Of a DNA stretch of 61,509 bases, positions 11,886-24,130 are shown in pieces (within the stretch, counting starts at the first letter, position 1; each line of letters opens with the position of its first letter). The translations under genes and the position numbers were made by a program. The stretch comes from Raillietiella orientalis (taxonomy: Eukaryota), in NCBI GenBank assembly GCA_036172245.1, contig JAYWIR010000150.1, positions 1 to 61,509 of the forward strand, written 5' to 3'. The notes under the pieces were generated by a model. The model did not search any database. It was not told where the DNA came from and was given only the letters and a program-made list of their open reading frames with translations.

Positions 11886-13172
11886 GATCGAGGCAGCACA
11901 GGGCTGAAATCGAGGCCGCTATGGGCAGGACCCCGCGATGCGGAGTTCCAGGCATATGTGTCATCAGGATACATGCCAGCACTTCGTTATAAGTTCAGTG
12001 GGCCACTTAACGGGAGAATCGGTCGTGAGCTCAATGATGAGCTCGTCCGGATAGGCGTTCGCGAGGAGGAACTCCTTGCCATAATGCCTGCTGGCAGGAT
12101 GGAATATACGAAGATTCGGTGCAAGAACGCAGCACTTGTGCAGCGCCTTCTCCGTACGCCGTTGACCATCAATAACAAGGAAGTCCTACATACCGCGATG
12201 GACGACTCTTTTGTCGTTCAATTGTGCGACATCGAACCGGAAATCTCCGACCGCGATGTCGTAAGTGTGCTGGCGAAGTTCGCCACCGTGCACCCTCTGT
12301 GGAGGAGGCCAAATCCTCTAAAGGATTTCCCCTCTGTCCACATTGGACAAGCCTCCGCGCGGATCACCGTCGCGAACAGGCGTGTTGTGCCTGAGCAGTT
12401 GCAGGTGAACGGCACGGTCGTTCACCTGTGGTTCATCAGCCAGACTCGCGCGTGCGAGCAGTGCGGCAAGGAGGGGCACCGAATTAAAGAGTGCCCCTCT
12501 CCAAGATGCCGCTATTGCAAAGATTCCGGGCACGAAATCAAAAAGTGCCCGGTACTTGCAAGAAAAAGAGCCGCAGCGGAAATTCGTCGGGTTCAAGAGA
12601 CCACTGCACGAAAAGCCGCAGCGGCAAATAAAAAACGTCGTCCGCAAAAACTCGCAAAAAACCACGAGCGATCCGCGGATGAAAAGAAAGCATCCCCGCC
12701 CGCAACGCCCCGAAAGGGGAAAGTCACGGCGGGGAAGCCAATTCAAAAGGGGCGCGAGGGTTTGACGCGTGCCGTGCCTTCCCTCTCTGGCGAACTCGCA
12801 GGCACTTTTCCGAGCCTGGAACCAGGGAATCTCCGTAACACCCTGGAGGGAAAGGTAGGAAAACAGGAAGATCGCAACAGTGCGAAGACTTCTTGCCCCG
12901 TTCCGTTGTCCCTTCCGAGTTCCGGACAGCCCCACTGCAGCGCAGGCCCCACTGCAAAGGCTACGAAAGCCGTAAAAAGCAGCGTCGCGACGAGCAATAG
13001 CACGCTGCATGCAGTCGCCCCATCGCCGACTCGGCAGGTTTCCCCAAGTCCCACAAGGGGTGGGGTAAGTTTATTTTTCTATAAAAATACAAAATTTACA
13101 TTCGCACTCTCATTCACTCAATACAATTATTTTGCACTTGGGGGTCCTTGGGTTTCACTAGAGTTCTGCTTT

Positions 13173-16100
13173 TCAGGGGGGAATTCCAGCTGCATGGTCC
13201 CGGGCGTCGTCCTGGATCCTCTTCAGGATGAATCGGTACGTCCAGGCGTGGATCTTCCCGCAGTTCCTGATGCCGATTTCCCTCTTCAAGAGCCCTTGTA
13301 GGATCTCCATCGGTGGTGCGGCTCTTCTGGCTTTCCTCATTTTCCACCACCGCACAAGTATGGCGGTGATGAAGAGGGCTATGGTCGTCCTCACCATGGG
13401 ATTGTAACAGGGAACATTACCATCCCCATGAAACATCCCGGCGAGGATCTCCATAACGGACTTGTTGGTAAGTCCTATGATCCTTTTCAGGATCAGCCAA
13501 TCATGCAGGAGTGTGGGACACGTCAAGACGTGAAGTCTCGTGTCGTCGTCTCCACATGCTGCGCAGTCTCGGTCTTCCCGTCTTCCTGTAAAGTGCTGCA
13601 ATCGGGATCCACTCTGGATTCCTCCGTGATAAAACATCAGGAGCTCATCCTGGGTGCCCGGCGGAAGGTCACTCCTCCAGAGCGTCGTGCCGATCCCTAA
13701 CAGGTTGAACCGTTCACTCCCGTAGCGTTCGGTGGCTTCCTGGAGGGCACTGGTGTCACCGTCGTTTTCTTGGATAAGCCTTCGGAGGTTTGTTCTGGTT
13801 ACCCTCGACCATGCGAAGTCGTTGTGGTTGAACCACACTTCGAAGGTCCTGTGGGTAAACCTTCCTAACATCATCTCTGTATACCGAAGTATACGTGTTT
13901 GATGTAGGTAGCCTCCTCGCCTCCACTCCTGGATTTGTTGAAGGGTAACTCTGGACCGCTGGTGGATCCAGCTTCTCGTGTCCGGCGGGACAGGAAGCAA
14001 CCAAGGGATCACCAGCATGGACTCGTCCTGCCAGAGTTCCCTGCTTCGCGGCACGATCTTTATTTGGTGCTTCCGCACCAGCCGTTGCTTCCTCCTCCAG
14101 GTCGGGTCGATTTTGTTCCATTTGCCTGCTCGGCCTAGCAGCGCAGTCATCAGGCCTTTCGAGTTGTTTAGCAACAACGCGTAGGCCCTGTGCGCCGCAT
14201 ACGGCCAGTCATCCCAGTAAGTGGCAATGTCCAGGATGTGTCGCGTATCCATGATTTCCATGGAATGTGCAAGCGACTTCATCCCGGAACCGCCTTCTTC
14301 CCTGGGACGACACAGGGGTTTCAGTCTTACTCTTGGGAGATAGTGGCCCCAGAGTGTTTTTCTTTGCAGCTTGTCGAACTCCCTAGTAGTGTCCTTGTTC
14401 ATCCTCGCGAAGGCCGCCCCGAAGAGCACTTTCGGAAGGAGTACTCCGTTCCATATGTTGGCCTTTCGCTTCATCCCAAGGTCCGTTCGGGTGTACTTGG
14501 CTGCTTCCTTGGCCGTTTTCCCCAGGATTTCTTTCCACAGCAGCTTCGACGCAGAGCCGTCGCCGATGTAGACTCCCAGGTACTTGGCCGTGTCCACCGT
14601 ACGGAATCCACTACCCGTTAGAGTGGAGGGATCCAGGATTCCGACGGGCAAAAGCTGGCTCTTCTGGGAATTGATTTTTAAGCCCAAGCCCTGTTCCATC
14701 TGGTCCACCACATCCAGAAACGCACGCTGATTTTTCTCTCCCTTGATGAAGAAGAGTAGATCATCGGCGTATGCCAGATGGGTAAGACGCTGGCTATCGA
14801 TGGTAATCCCACTTAGTCGTCCGCTCTTCTCGATAAAGGACGACAACGCCTCCATATAGATGACGAACAGCATCGGACTTAGCGAGTCGCCCTGTCGGAC
14901 TCCTCGTTCCATCCTGATTGCTGCCGTCTCCTGGCCGTTGATACTGATCCGGCAGTACTGGTTCTGGAGTACCGCCCTCACAAAGTTACTGAAGTGTTCC
15001 GGAAGCCCTAGCTTCTCCAGAAACTTCAGCAGCATCCTGTGGTCGATGGAGTCGAAGGCCTTCTCCATGTCAGTGAACACCAGCACCAGGTTCTCGCCGA
15101 CGTATCGACTGAGTCCAACAGTGGCCTGGGCACACTTGACATTGTCCGACATGTGTCGTCCTGGGACTGCACATGTCTGGACCGGAGAGATCAGCCTCGA
15201 CATGACCTTGCGTAAGCGGTTGGAACAGATCTTCGCCAACCACTTGGCATCGGAGTTTAGAATCGAGATTGGCCTCCATTGGGCGATCTGGGTAGAGTCG
15301 CCTCCTTTCGGCAGCAATCTCATCCGACTCTCGTAGAAGGACTGAGGTAGTCTGCCTTCTTCCCGGATGCAGAGGGTCAACTGGTGGAACAAGCGCAGGT
15401 AGGCGTGCGGGTACCGCTGATAGTGCGTGATGGGTACACTGTCAGGGCCCGCTGCCACGTCCTTGCGAAGTTGCCCAAACGCAGTCTTCACCTCTTCTTC
15501 GGAGAACTCCTCCTCCAGTCTGTTCCGCTGGAGGTCGTCGATCCTCTTCTCGAGATAGCTCAAGAAGGCCTGTTGACTAGAGCGACACAGCTGTTGTCGC
15601 CTGAAGTGTTTCGTGTAATGCCTGTGAAAGGCATCCACGATGTCCTCAGACGACTGTCGCTTTTGGCCGTCGTACTGGATGCAGAAGATATCTGTTGCCA
15701 GATTTCTCTTCTCCAGCACGCCGACTTCCTTTTTTATGTTATTGAGGACGTACCGACTCTCGTACTGATCGAAGTACTTTGAGAGGGAGCGATCTTGGAT
15801 GTTCAGCTCCCGGTACGCCTCTTGCCTCAAGCGCCTATCCCCGAACTGCATGTTCGCAAACAGGTGTATCCTGTGTTTCAGGCTGTCCCAGTCGGCGACT
15901 CTTCGGATTGTTGTTGCCTTCAGAATCGTCTCCAGGACAGCCTGATGTCCGGGATGAATTTCGAACCAGGCGGGCATGCTGATGAGCGCCACCCTGGTGC
16001 CTTGCCTCCGCCGAGGATTCTCCGTTCTTAGGGAAAACCGCACCAGGGGGTGATCGGACACCGTGGTCATAATGTCTCGAAAACCCTGGATGCGATTCCC

Positions 16101-16691
16101 AAGTTCGGTGCTGTGCAGGACGTGATCGATTGGCTTGTGGCTTGCTGTTCGCCAGACCAGTCCGAACTCCCCGGATAGCCGTCGATACGCCGTCCTTCCT
16201 CTGGCGTCTTCCGAATGAATGATCTCATCCAATATGTTGAGATCGCCAGCAACAATCACGACGTCCTTTGGGGCAACCTTTTCACGGAGTGCTGCATGCA
16301 GCGCCTCCGCACAACGATGTTTTAGCCTGTGCGGTCCGTACACGTTCACCAGGATGAGGTGAACAGTAGCGGACCAGGCGAGTCGCACGCCGATGATTCG
16401 TCCGGGTTGGGGACAGAACACTTCCAGAATAGTGGGGGCCAAGTTGTTCTTGATTAGGACCGCCACTCCCTGCGTGTTCCGTTCTCTCTCGCTGACGAAA
16501 ATCTGCCCGTTGTATCGCCGTTCCATTTGCTGACTAATCTCGAGACCCATCTTGTGGGTCTCCTGCAGGCACACTATGTCTTGTTGTGCGATGGTCCGCA
16601 CAATCCTTCTTCTTTTTCCCTAGTCGACCATACCGTTTACATTCCAGGAGGCGATGTTCAGCCTCCTGGCGGTCGATAGGGAAGAGGCCAT
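13173..16691 (-). pseudogene. Lineage-B ORF2 (APE-RT-CCHC), intact except one early TAG at ~16620-16622
   Basis: 1142-aa open frame downstream of the stop with LQETH, GDLN, SDH, FTDMEKAFD, QGDSLSP, AYADD, KYLG, CAACGDDDTRLHVLTC; ATG at 16691 aligns with the copy 2 start. Confidence 0.93.
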
Positions 16692-16704
16692 AAAAGGGGA
16701 AGAC

Positions 16705-18492
16705 CTATTTCTTGGCCTTCCTGTGCTTCTTCTGTCTGCGAGAGCGTGCTCTTCCAGACAATGAAGAAGCAGCGGGCTTCTCGCTGCCGGCGTCACTCTC
16801 TGTTCCGGTGAGGTCGGTTACTTCCGCCTCCTCCGTCGAGTGTTCGTCCCGCTCGATCTGTTTTCGAGATAGCGTCTCTATCTGGACCTTGGCGCAGAAG
16901 TTCGCCTTTACGTCGAGAAGCTGTTCCTCTAGCTTTTCGCGCTCGGTGACCTCCACAACCTGGTTGACCTTCTCCTGTGCATTGCAGATCTTCTGCAAGA
17001 TTTTCTCTTGCTGAGGACCGCTCTGCACCTCTAGGACTACATTAGCCAGTGATGCCAACTCCTCCGTAGATTGCAGGGCCTCCTGTGACACCGGAGTGGC
17101 TTCGGCTTTTTCTTCTTCCGCGCCTTCCTGCGCTACCTCCATCTTCTCGCCTTCTTGCTCTTCACCTTCCAGGATAAGAGGGGTTTCTTGCTCCTTGACG
17201 AGCATCCTTCTCTTTCCTTTCTTCCCTACCTGTATGAAGCCGTCTTCCGATACCGGGACGGCTTCTTTCACCTTCTTCGGCCTTCCTGCCTTCTGAGGCT
17301 GTTCGGCCTCCTTGATGTTTCTCTCTCTCACGGGAGAGAGACCTCGAATCCTTCTGCAGTTTTCAAACTCCGGACAGCTCCATTTCGCATGTCCGTGTTT
17401 CTTGCAGAAGGAGCACACCTCCGGCTGCGGGCAGTTTCGTACTTGATGTCCTAGTTTGCCGCAGCGGAAACAACGACACGTTGGGCAAGCCCCGGCCCTG
17501 TGGCCGAACTGCTTGGACCCGGTGCAGAATACCGGTTGTTGCCGTTAACGCACATTCACTCCCTGGGATTGTTCGTCAATAACGGCCAATGCAGGGATCA
17601 CCGCTCCCTCCCTCAACTTCATCTTGGCGATCATGTCGCCAGAAAATATGTTTCCAGAGAAGTTCTGGAAATCAAGGTCCAGAACTTCCCCAAACTGCTC
17701 CAAGTAATTCCACACCGCTAGTTGCAGTGTGAAAATGGAGGTGCCGTTTAAAAAGACGGTTGTGTATGGCATCTCGCCAATACCACAAACCATCCGTCCT
17801 TGTATATTGATCCCATTCTGGATCAATTTCTCTCTAATGTTTTCACAGTCTGTAAAGACTGTGAACCCGTTGTTCGATGGAATGATCGCCTGAATGCGAT
17901 CAAAGTCTATGTCCGTCTTGTCGAGGGACAAATAGACCTCCCTGATGTTATTAAATTTTATTAGCCCCGTCTTGAAGATAATGGGCTTCACGTTGGGGCC
18001 TATTTCGACTAGTGGTCGGTCCACTTTTAGTACTTTTCCGCTAAGCGGCTTACCGAATTTCCTAGGTGGGTGGACACTCGCCTGTCCAGCCGCCACCGAC
18101 GCATAAGAAAAGGGCTGCGACGCCGCAGCCGAACAAGATGGCGTCGCTCCCTGCACCGCGTGGACGCCCGTGGGTCCCGCCTGGGACGCCACCGACGTGG
18201 GCGCAAACCTCGACGTTGCCGCCGTTACCGCCGCGGGCGGCACCCTCGGCATCGCCGCCGCAGGCGCGACCTTCCCCGCCGCGGTCACGATCCTCGGCGT
18301 CGCCGCCGCGGGCACGACCTCCGCCGTCGTCGCCGCGGGCACGACCTTTGGCATCGCCGCCGCCGGCGCAGCAAAGCCCGCCGCGGGCGCGATCCTCGGC
18401 ATGCCTGCCGCCACCTCGCCGTTGCCGCACGTTACCTCCATGGCTTCCATGGGGGACGACGGTCTCTCCACTCCTCTTCTAGGTGCCTGCAT
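16705..18492 (-). pseudogene. Lineage-B ORF1 copy 1, premature TAA at 17545-17547
   Basis: Collinear with the intact copy-2 ORF1 at offset 5638; Tyr codon changed to a stop just before the zinc knuckles. Confidence 0.9.
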
Positions 18493-18981
18493 CCTGGCAG
18501 CTGGTCTTGCTGCACGGGACCACTGCAGGTCTTTTGCCGCGATCTCCTCGCCGCTTCTTTTTTTTGTTTCTTCTGGAAAACTTCCCCTCTCCGCGCACGC
18601 ACGAGCACAATGAACTGATTAAGTTGTCAAGCGCACAATACTTCGAGCCGCGGAGCAAGTTCACCGACTCGGCAGGTTTCCCCAAGTCCCACAAGGGGTG
18701 GGGTAAGTTTATTTTTCTATAAAAATACAAAATTTACTTTCGCACTCTCATTCACTCAATACAATTATTTTGCACTTGGGGGTCCTTGGGTTGCACTAGA
18801 GTTCTGCTTTTCAGGGGGGAATTCCAGCTGGATGGTCCCGGGCGTCGTCCTGGATCCTCTTCAGGATGAATCGGTACGTCCAGGCGTGGATCTTCCCGCA
18901 GTTCCTGATGCCGATTTTTCTCTTCAAGAGCCCTTGTAAAATCTCCATCGGTGGTGCGGCTCTCCTGGCTTTCCTCATTTT

Positions 18982-21900
18982 TCACCACCGCACAAGTATG
19001 GCGGTGATGAAGAGGGCTATGGTCGTCCTCACCATGGGATTGTAACAGGGAACATTACCATCCCCATGAAACATCCCGGCGAGGGTCTCCATAACGGACT
19101 TGTTGGTAAGTCCTATGATCCTTTTCAGGATCAGCCAGTCATGCAGCAGTGTGGGACACGTCAAGACGTGAAGTCTCGTGTCGTCGTCTCCACATGCTGC
19201 GCAGTCTCGGTCTTCCCGTCTTCCTGTAAAGTGCTGCAATCGGGACCCACTCTGGATTCCTCCGTGATAAAACATCAGGAGGTCATCCTGGGTGCCCGGC
19301 GGAAGGTCACTCCTCCAGAGCGTCGTGCCGATCGCTAACAGGTTGAACCGATCACTACCGTAGCGTTCGGTGGCTTCCTGGAGGGCACTGGTGTCACGGT
19401 CGTTTTCTTGGATAAGCCTTAGGAGGTTTGTTCTGGTTACCCTCGACCATGCGAAGTCGTTGTGGTTGAACCACACTTCGCGGGTCCTGTGGGTAAACCT
19501 TCCTAACATCATCTCTGTATACCGAAGTATACGTGTTTGATGTAGGTAGCCTCCTCGCCTCCACTCCTGAATTTGTAGTAGGGTAACTCTGGACCGCTGG
19601 TAGATCCAGCTTCTCGTGTCCGGCGGGACAGGAAGCAACCAAGGCATCACCAGGATGGACTCGTCCTGCCAGAGTTCCCTGCTTCGCGGCACGATCTTGA
19701 TTTGGTGCTTCCGCACCAGCCGTTGCTTCCTCGTCCAGGTTGGGTCGATTTTGTTCCATTTGCCTGCTCGGCCTAGCAGCGCAGTCATCAGGCCTTTCGA
19801 GTTGTTAAGCAACAACGCGTAGGCCCTGTGCGCCGCATATGGCCAGTCATCCCAGTGAGTGGCAATGTCCAGGATGTGTCGCGTATCCATGATTTCCATG
19901 GAATGTGCAGGCGACTTCATCCCGGAACCGCCTTCTTCCCTGGGACGACACAGGGGTTTCAGTCTTACTCTTGGGCGATAGTGGCCCCAGAGTGTTTTTC
20001 TTTGCAGCTTGTCGAACTCCCTAGTAGTGTCCTTGTTCATAATCGCAAAGGCCGCCCCGAAGAGCACTTTCGGAAGGAGTACTCCGTTCCATATGTTGGC
20101 CTTTCGCTTCATCCCAAGGTCCGTTCGGGTGAACTTGGCTGCTTCCTTGGCCGTTTTCCCCAGGATTTCTTTCCACAGCATTTTCGACGCAGAGCCGACG
20201 CCGAAGTAGACTCCCAGGTACTTGGCCGTGTCCACCGTACGAAATCCACTACCCGTTAGAGTTGAGAGATCGAGGATTTCGACGGGAAAAAGCTGGCTCT
20301 TCTGGGAATTGATTTTTAAGCCCAAGCCTTGTTCCATCTGGTTCACCACATCCAGAAACGTACGCTGATTTTTCTCTCCCTTGATGAAGAAGAGTAGATC
20401 ATTGGCGTATGCCAGATGGGTAAGACGCTGGCTATCGATGGTAATCGCGCATAGTCGTCCGCTCTTCTCGATAAAGGACGACAACGCCTCCATATAGATG
20501 ACGAACAGCATCGGACTTAGCGAGTCGCCCTGTCGGACTCCTCGTTCCATCCTGATTGCTGCCGTCTCCTGGCCGTTGATCTTGATCCGGCAGTACTGGT
20601 TCTGGAGTACCGCCCTCACGAAGTTGCTGAAGTGTTCCGGAAGCCCTAGCTTCTCCAGAACCTTCAGCAGCATCCCGTGGTCGATGGAGTCGAAGGCCTT
20701 CTCCATTTCAGTGAACACCAGCACCAGGTTCTCGCCGACGTATCGACTGAGTCCAACAGTGGCCTGGGCACACTTGACATTGTCCGACATGTGTCGTCCT
20801 GGGACTGCACATGTCTGGACCGGAGAGATCAGCCTCGACATGACCTTGCCTAAGCGGTTCGACCAGATCTTCGCCAACCACTTGGCATCGGAGTTTAGAA
20901 TCGAGATTGGCCTCCATTGGGCGATCTGGGTAGAGTCGCCTCCTTTCGGCAGCAATCTCATCCGACTCTCGTAGAAGGACTGAGGTAGTCTGCCTTCTTT
21001 CCGGATGCAGAGGGTCAACTGGTGGAACAAGCGCAGGTAGGCGTGCAGGTACCGCTGATAGTGCGTGATGGGTACACTGTCAGGGCCCGCTGCCACGTCC
21101 TTGCGAAGTTGCCCAAACGCAGTCTTCACCTCTTCTTCGGAGAACTCCTCCTCCAGTCTGTTCCGCTGGAGGTCGTCGATCCTCTTCTCGAGATAGCTCA
21201 AGAAGACCTGTTGACTAGAGCGACACAGCTGTTGTCGCCTGAAGTGTTTCGTGTAATGCCTTTGAAAGGCATCCACGATGTCCTCAGACGACTGTCGCTT
21301 TTGGCCGTCGTACTGGATGCAGAAGATATCTGTTGCCAGATTTCTCTTCTCCAGCACGCCGACTTCCCCTTTTATGTTATTGAGGACGTACCTACTCTCG
21401 TACTGATCGAAGTACTTTGAGAGGGAGCGATCTCGGATGTTCAGCTCCCGGTACGCCTCTTGCCTCAAGCGCCTATCCCCGAACTGCATGTTCGGAAACA
21501 GGTGTATCCTGTGTTTCAGGCTGTCCCAGTCGGCGACTCTTCGGATTGTTGTTGCCCTCAGAATCGCCTCCAGGACAGCCTGATGTCCGGGATGGGTTTC
21601 GAACCAGGCGGGCATGCTGATGAGCGCCGCCCTGGTGCCTTGCCTCCGTCGAAGATTCTCCGTTCTTAGGGAAAACCGCACCAGGGGGTGATCGGACACC
21701 GTAGTCATAGTGTCGCGAAACCCCTGGATGCGGTTCCCAAGTTCGGTGCTGTGCAGGACGTGATCGATTGGCTTGTGGCTTGCTGTTCGCCAGACCAGTC
21801 CGAACTCCTCGGATAGCCGTCGACACGCCGTCCTTCCTCTGGCGTCTTCCGAATGAATGATCTCATCCAAGATGTTGAGATCGCCAGCAACAATCACGAC

Positions 21901-22329
21901 GTCCTTAGGGGCGTCCTTTTGCCGGAGTGTTGCATGCAGCGCCTCCGCACAACGATGTTTTAGCCTGTGCGGCCCGTACACGTTCACCAGGATAAGGTGA
22001 ACAGTCGCGGACCAGGCCAGTCGCACGCCGGTGATTCGTCCGGGTTGGGGACAGAACACTTCCAGAATAGTGGGGGCTAAGTGGTTCTTTATTAGCACCG
22101 CCACACCCTTCGTGTTCCGTTCTCCTTCGTTGACGAACATCTGCCCGTTGAATCGCCGTTCCATTCGCTGGCTTATCTCGAGACCCATCCTGTGGGACTC
22201 CTGCAGGCACACGATGTCTTGTTGTGCGATGGTCCGCACAATCCTTCTTCTTTTTCCCTGATCGACCACACCGTTTACGTTCCAGGAGGCGATGTTAATC
22301 CTCCTGGCGGTCGATAGGCAAGAGGCCAT
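18982..22329 (-). pseudogene. Lineage-B ORF2 copy 2: open frame but catalytic Asp substitutions (FTE, YAND) and a premature C-terminal stop
   Basis: ORF 18982-22434; compared with copy 1, FTDMEK is FTEMEK, YADD is YAND, and WW is W-stop. Confidence 0.9.
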
Positions 22330-22342
22330 AAAAGGGGAAGAC

Positions 22343-24130
22343 CTATTTTTTGGCCTTCCTGAGCTTCTTCTGTCTGAGAGAGCGTGCTCTTCCAGACAAT
22401 GAAGAAGCAGCGGGTTTCTCGCTGCCGGCGTCACTCTCCGTACCTGTGAGGTCGGTAATTTCCGCCTCCTCCGTAGAGTGTTCCGCCTGCGCGATCAATT
22501 TTCGAGACAGCGCCTCTATCTCGACCTTGGCGCAGAAGTTCGCCTTCACGTCGAGAAGCTGTTCCTCTAACTTCTCGCGTTCAGCGACCTCCACCACCTG
22601 GTTGATGTTCTCTTGTGCAGTGCAGATCTTCTGCAAGATTTTCTCTTGCTGAGGACCACTCTGCACCTCCATGATCTCCTCCGCCAGTGTTGCCAACTCC
22701 TCCGTAGTCTGCAGAGCCTCCTGCGACACTTTAGTGGCTTCCTGTCTCTCTTCCTTCGCGCCTTCCTGCGCTACCTCCATCTTCTCGCCTTCCTGCTCTG
22801 CTGCTTCCAGGATTTGAGGAGTTCCTTGCTCCTTGACGAGCATCCTCCTCTTTCCCTTCTTTCCCACTTCTATGAAGCCGTCCGCCGACACCGGGACAGC
22901 TTCTTTCACTTTTTTCTGCCTTCCTGCCTTCTGAGGCTGTTCGGCCTCCTTGATGTTTCTCTCTCTTACGGGAGAGAGACCTCGAATCCTTCTGCAGTTT
23001 TCAAACTCCGGACAGCTCCATTTCGCATGTCCGTGTTTCTTGCAGAAGGAGCACACCTCCGGATGCGGGCAGTTTCGGACTTGATGTCCTACTTTGCCGC
23101 AGCGGAAACAACGACACGTTGGGCAAGAGCCGGCCCTGTGACCGAACTGCTTGCACCCGGTGCAGAATACCGGTTGTTGCCGGTAACGCACATTCACTCC
23201 CTGGGATTGGTCGTCAATAACGGCCAATCCAGGGATCACCGCTCCCTCCCTCAACTTCATCTTGGCGATCATGTCGCCAGAAAATATGTTTCCAGAGAAG
23301 TTCTGGAAATCAAGGTCCAGAACTTCCCCAAACTGCTCCAAGTAATTCCACACCGCTAGTTGCGGTGTGAGGATGGAGATGCCGTTTAAAAAGACAGTTG
23401 TGTATGGCATCTCGCCAATACCACAAACCATCCGTCCTTGTATATTGATCCCCTTCTGGATCAATCGCTCTCTAATGTTTTCACAGTCTGTAAAGACTGT
23501 GAACCCGTTGTTTGATGGAATGATCGCCTGAATGCGATCAAAGTCTATGTCCGTCTTGTCGAGGGACAAATAGACCTCCCTGATGTTATTAAATTTTATT
23601 AGCCCCGTCTTGAAGATAATGGGCTTCACGTTGGGGCCTATTTCGTCTATTGGTCGGTCCACTTTTAGTACATTTCCGCTAAGCGGCTTACCGAATTTCC
23701 GAGGTGGGTGGACACTCGCCTGTCCAGCCGCCACCGACGCATAAGAAAAGGGCTGCGACGCCGCAGCCGAACAAGATGGCGTCGCTGCCTGCACCGCGTG
23801 GACGCCCGCGGGTCCCGCCTGGGACGCCACCGCCGCGGGCGAAAACCTCGACGTTGCCGCCGTTACCGCCGCGGGCGGCACTCTCGGCATCGCCGCCGCA
23901 GGCGCGACCTTCCCCGCCGCGGGCACGATCCTCGGCGTCGCCGCCGCGGGCACGACCTCCGCCGTCGGCGCCGCGGGCACGACCCTTGGCATCGCCGCCG
24001 CCGGCGCAGCAAAGCCCGCCGCGGGCGCGATCCTCGGCATGCCTGCCACCGCCTCGCCGTTGCCGCCCGTTACCTCCATGGCTTCCATGGGGGACGACGG
24101 TCTCTCCACTCCTCTTCTAGGTGCCTGCAT
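22343..24130 (-). CDS. Lineage-B ORF1p, intact; Ala/Pro-rich N-terminus and three CCHC zinc knuckles
   Basis: CTGCKQFGHRAGSC, CFRCGKVGHQVRNC, CSFCKKHGHAKWSC; start MQAPRRG inferred by alignment with copy 1; 13-nt spacer to the ORF2 ATG. Confidence 0.85.
   Translation of the reverse strand: MQAPRRGVERPSSPMEAMEVTGGNGEAVAGMPRIAPAAGFAAPAAAMPRVVPAAPTAEVVPAAATPRIVPAAGKVAPAAAMPRVPPAAVTAATSRFSPAAVASQAGPAGVHAVQAATPSCSAAASQPFSYASVAAGQASVHPPRKFGKPLSGNVLKVDRPIDEIGPNVKPIIFKTGLIKFNNIREVYLSLDKTDIDFDRIQAIIPSNNGFTVFTDCENIRERLIQKGINIQGRMVCGIGEMPYTTVFLNGISILTPQLAVWNYLEQFGEVLDLDFQNFSGNIFSGDMIAKMKLREGAVIPGLAVIDDQSQGVNVRYRQQPVFCTGCKQFGHRAGSCPTCRCFRCGKVGHQVRNCPHPEVCSFCKKHGHAKWSCPEFENCRRIRGLSPVRERNIKEAEQPQKAGRQKKVKEAVPVSADGFIEVGKKGKRRMLVKEQGTPQILEAAEQEGEKMEVAQEGAKEERQEATKVSQEALQTTEELATLAEEIMEVQSGPQQEKILQKICTAQENINQVVEVAEREKLEEQLLDVKANFCAKVEIEALSRKLIAQAEHSTEEAEITDLTGTESDAGSEKPAASSLSGRARSLRQKKLRKAKK

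Larger units (their letters stand above)
13039..18663 (-). mobile_element. Full-length lineage-B L1/Tx1-like LINE, copy 1 (5625 bp)
   Basis: Bounded by ccgactcggcagg at 13026-13038 and 18664-18676; ORF1 and ORF2 present; 3' end AATAAA plus GC hairpin plus AAA. Confidence 0.95.

Noticed and set aside
11880..11900. TSD-bounded insertion at the sense-sense junctions near 11890 and 51055
   Set aside because: No matching duplication or terminal motif found; more likely deletion or recombination joints.
11841..13301. 486-aa ORF as an intact gene
   Set aside because: Chimeric: it starts in an RT fragment, covers a truncated ORF1, and ends in antisense lineage-B 3' sequence.
13173..16601. Bacterial RT system (retron, group II intron, DGR)
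   Set aside because: The RT is fused to an APE endonuclease and a CCHC finger, follows a zinc-knuckle ORF1, and shows TSDs and 5' truncation: a eukaryotic LINE.
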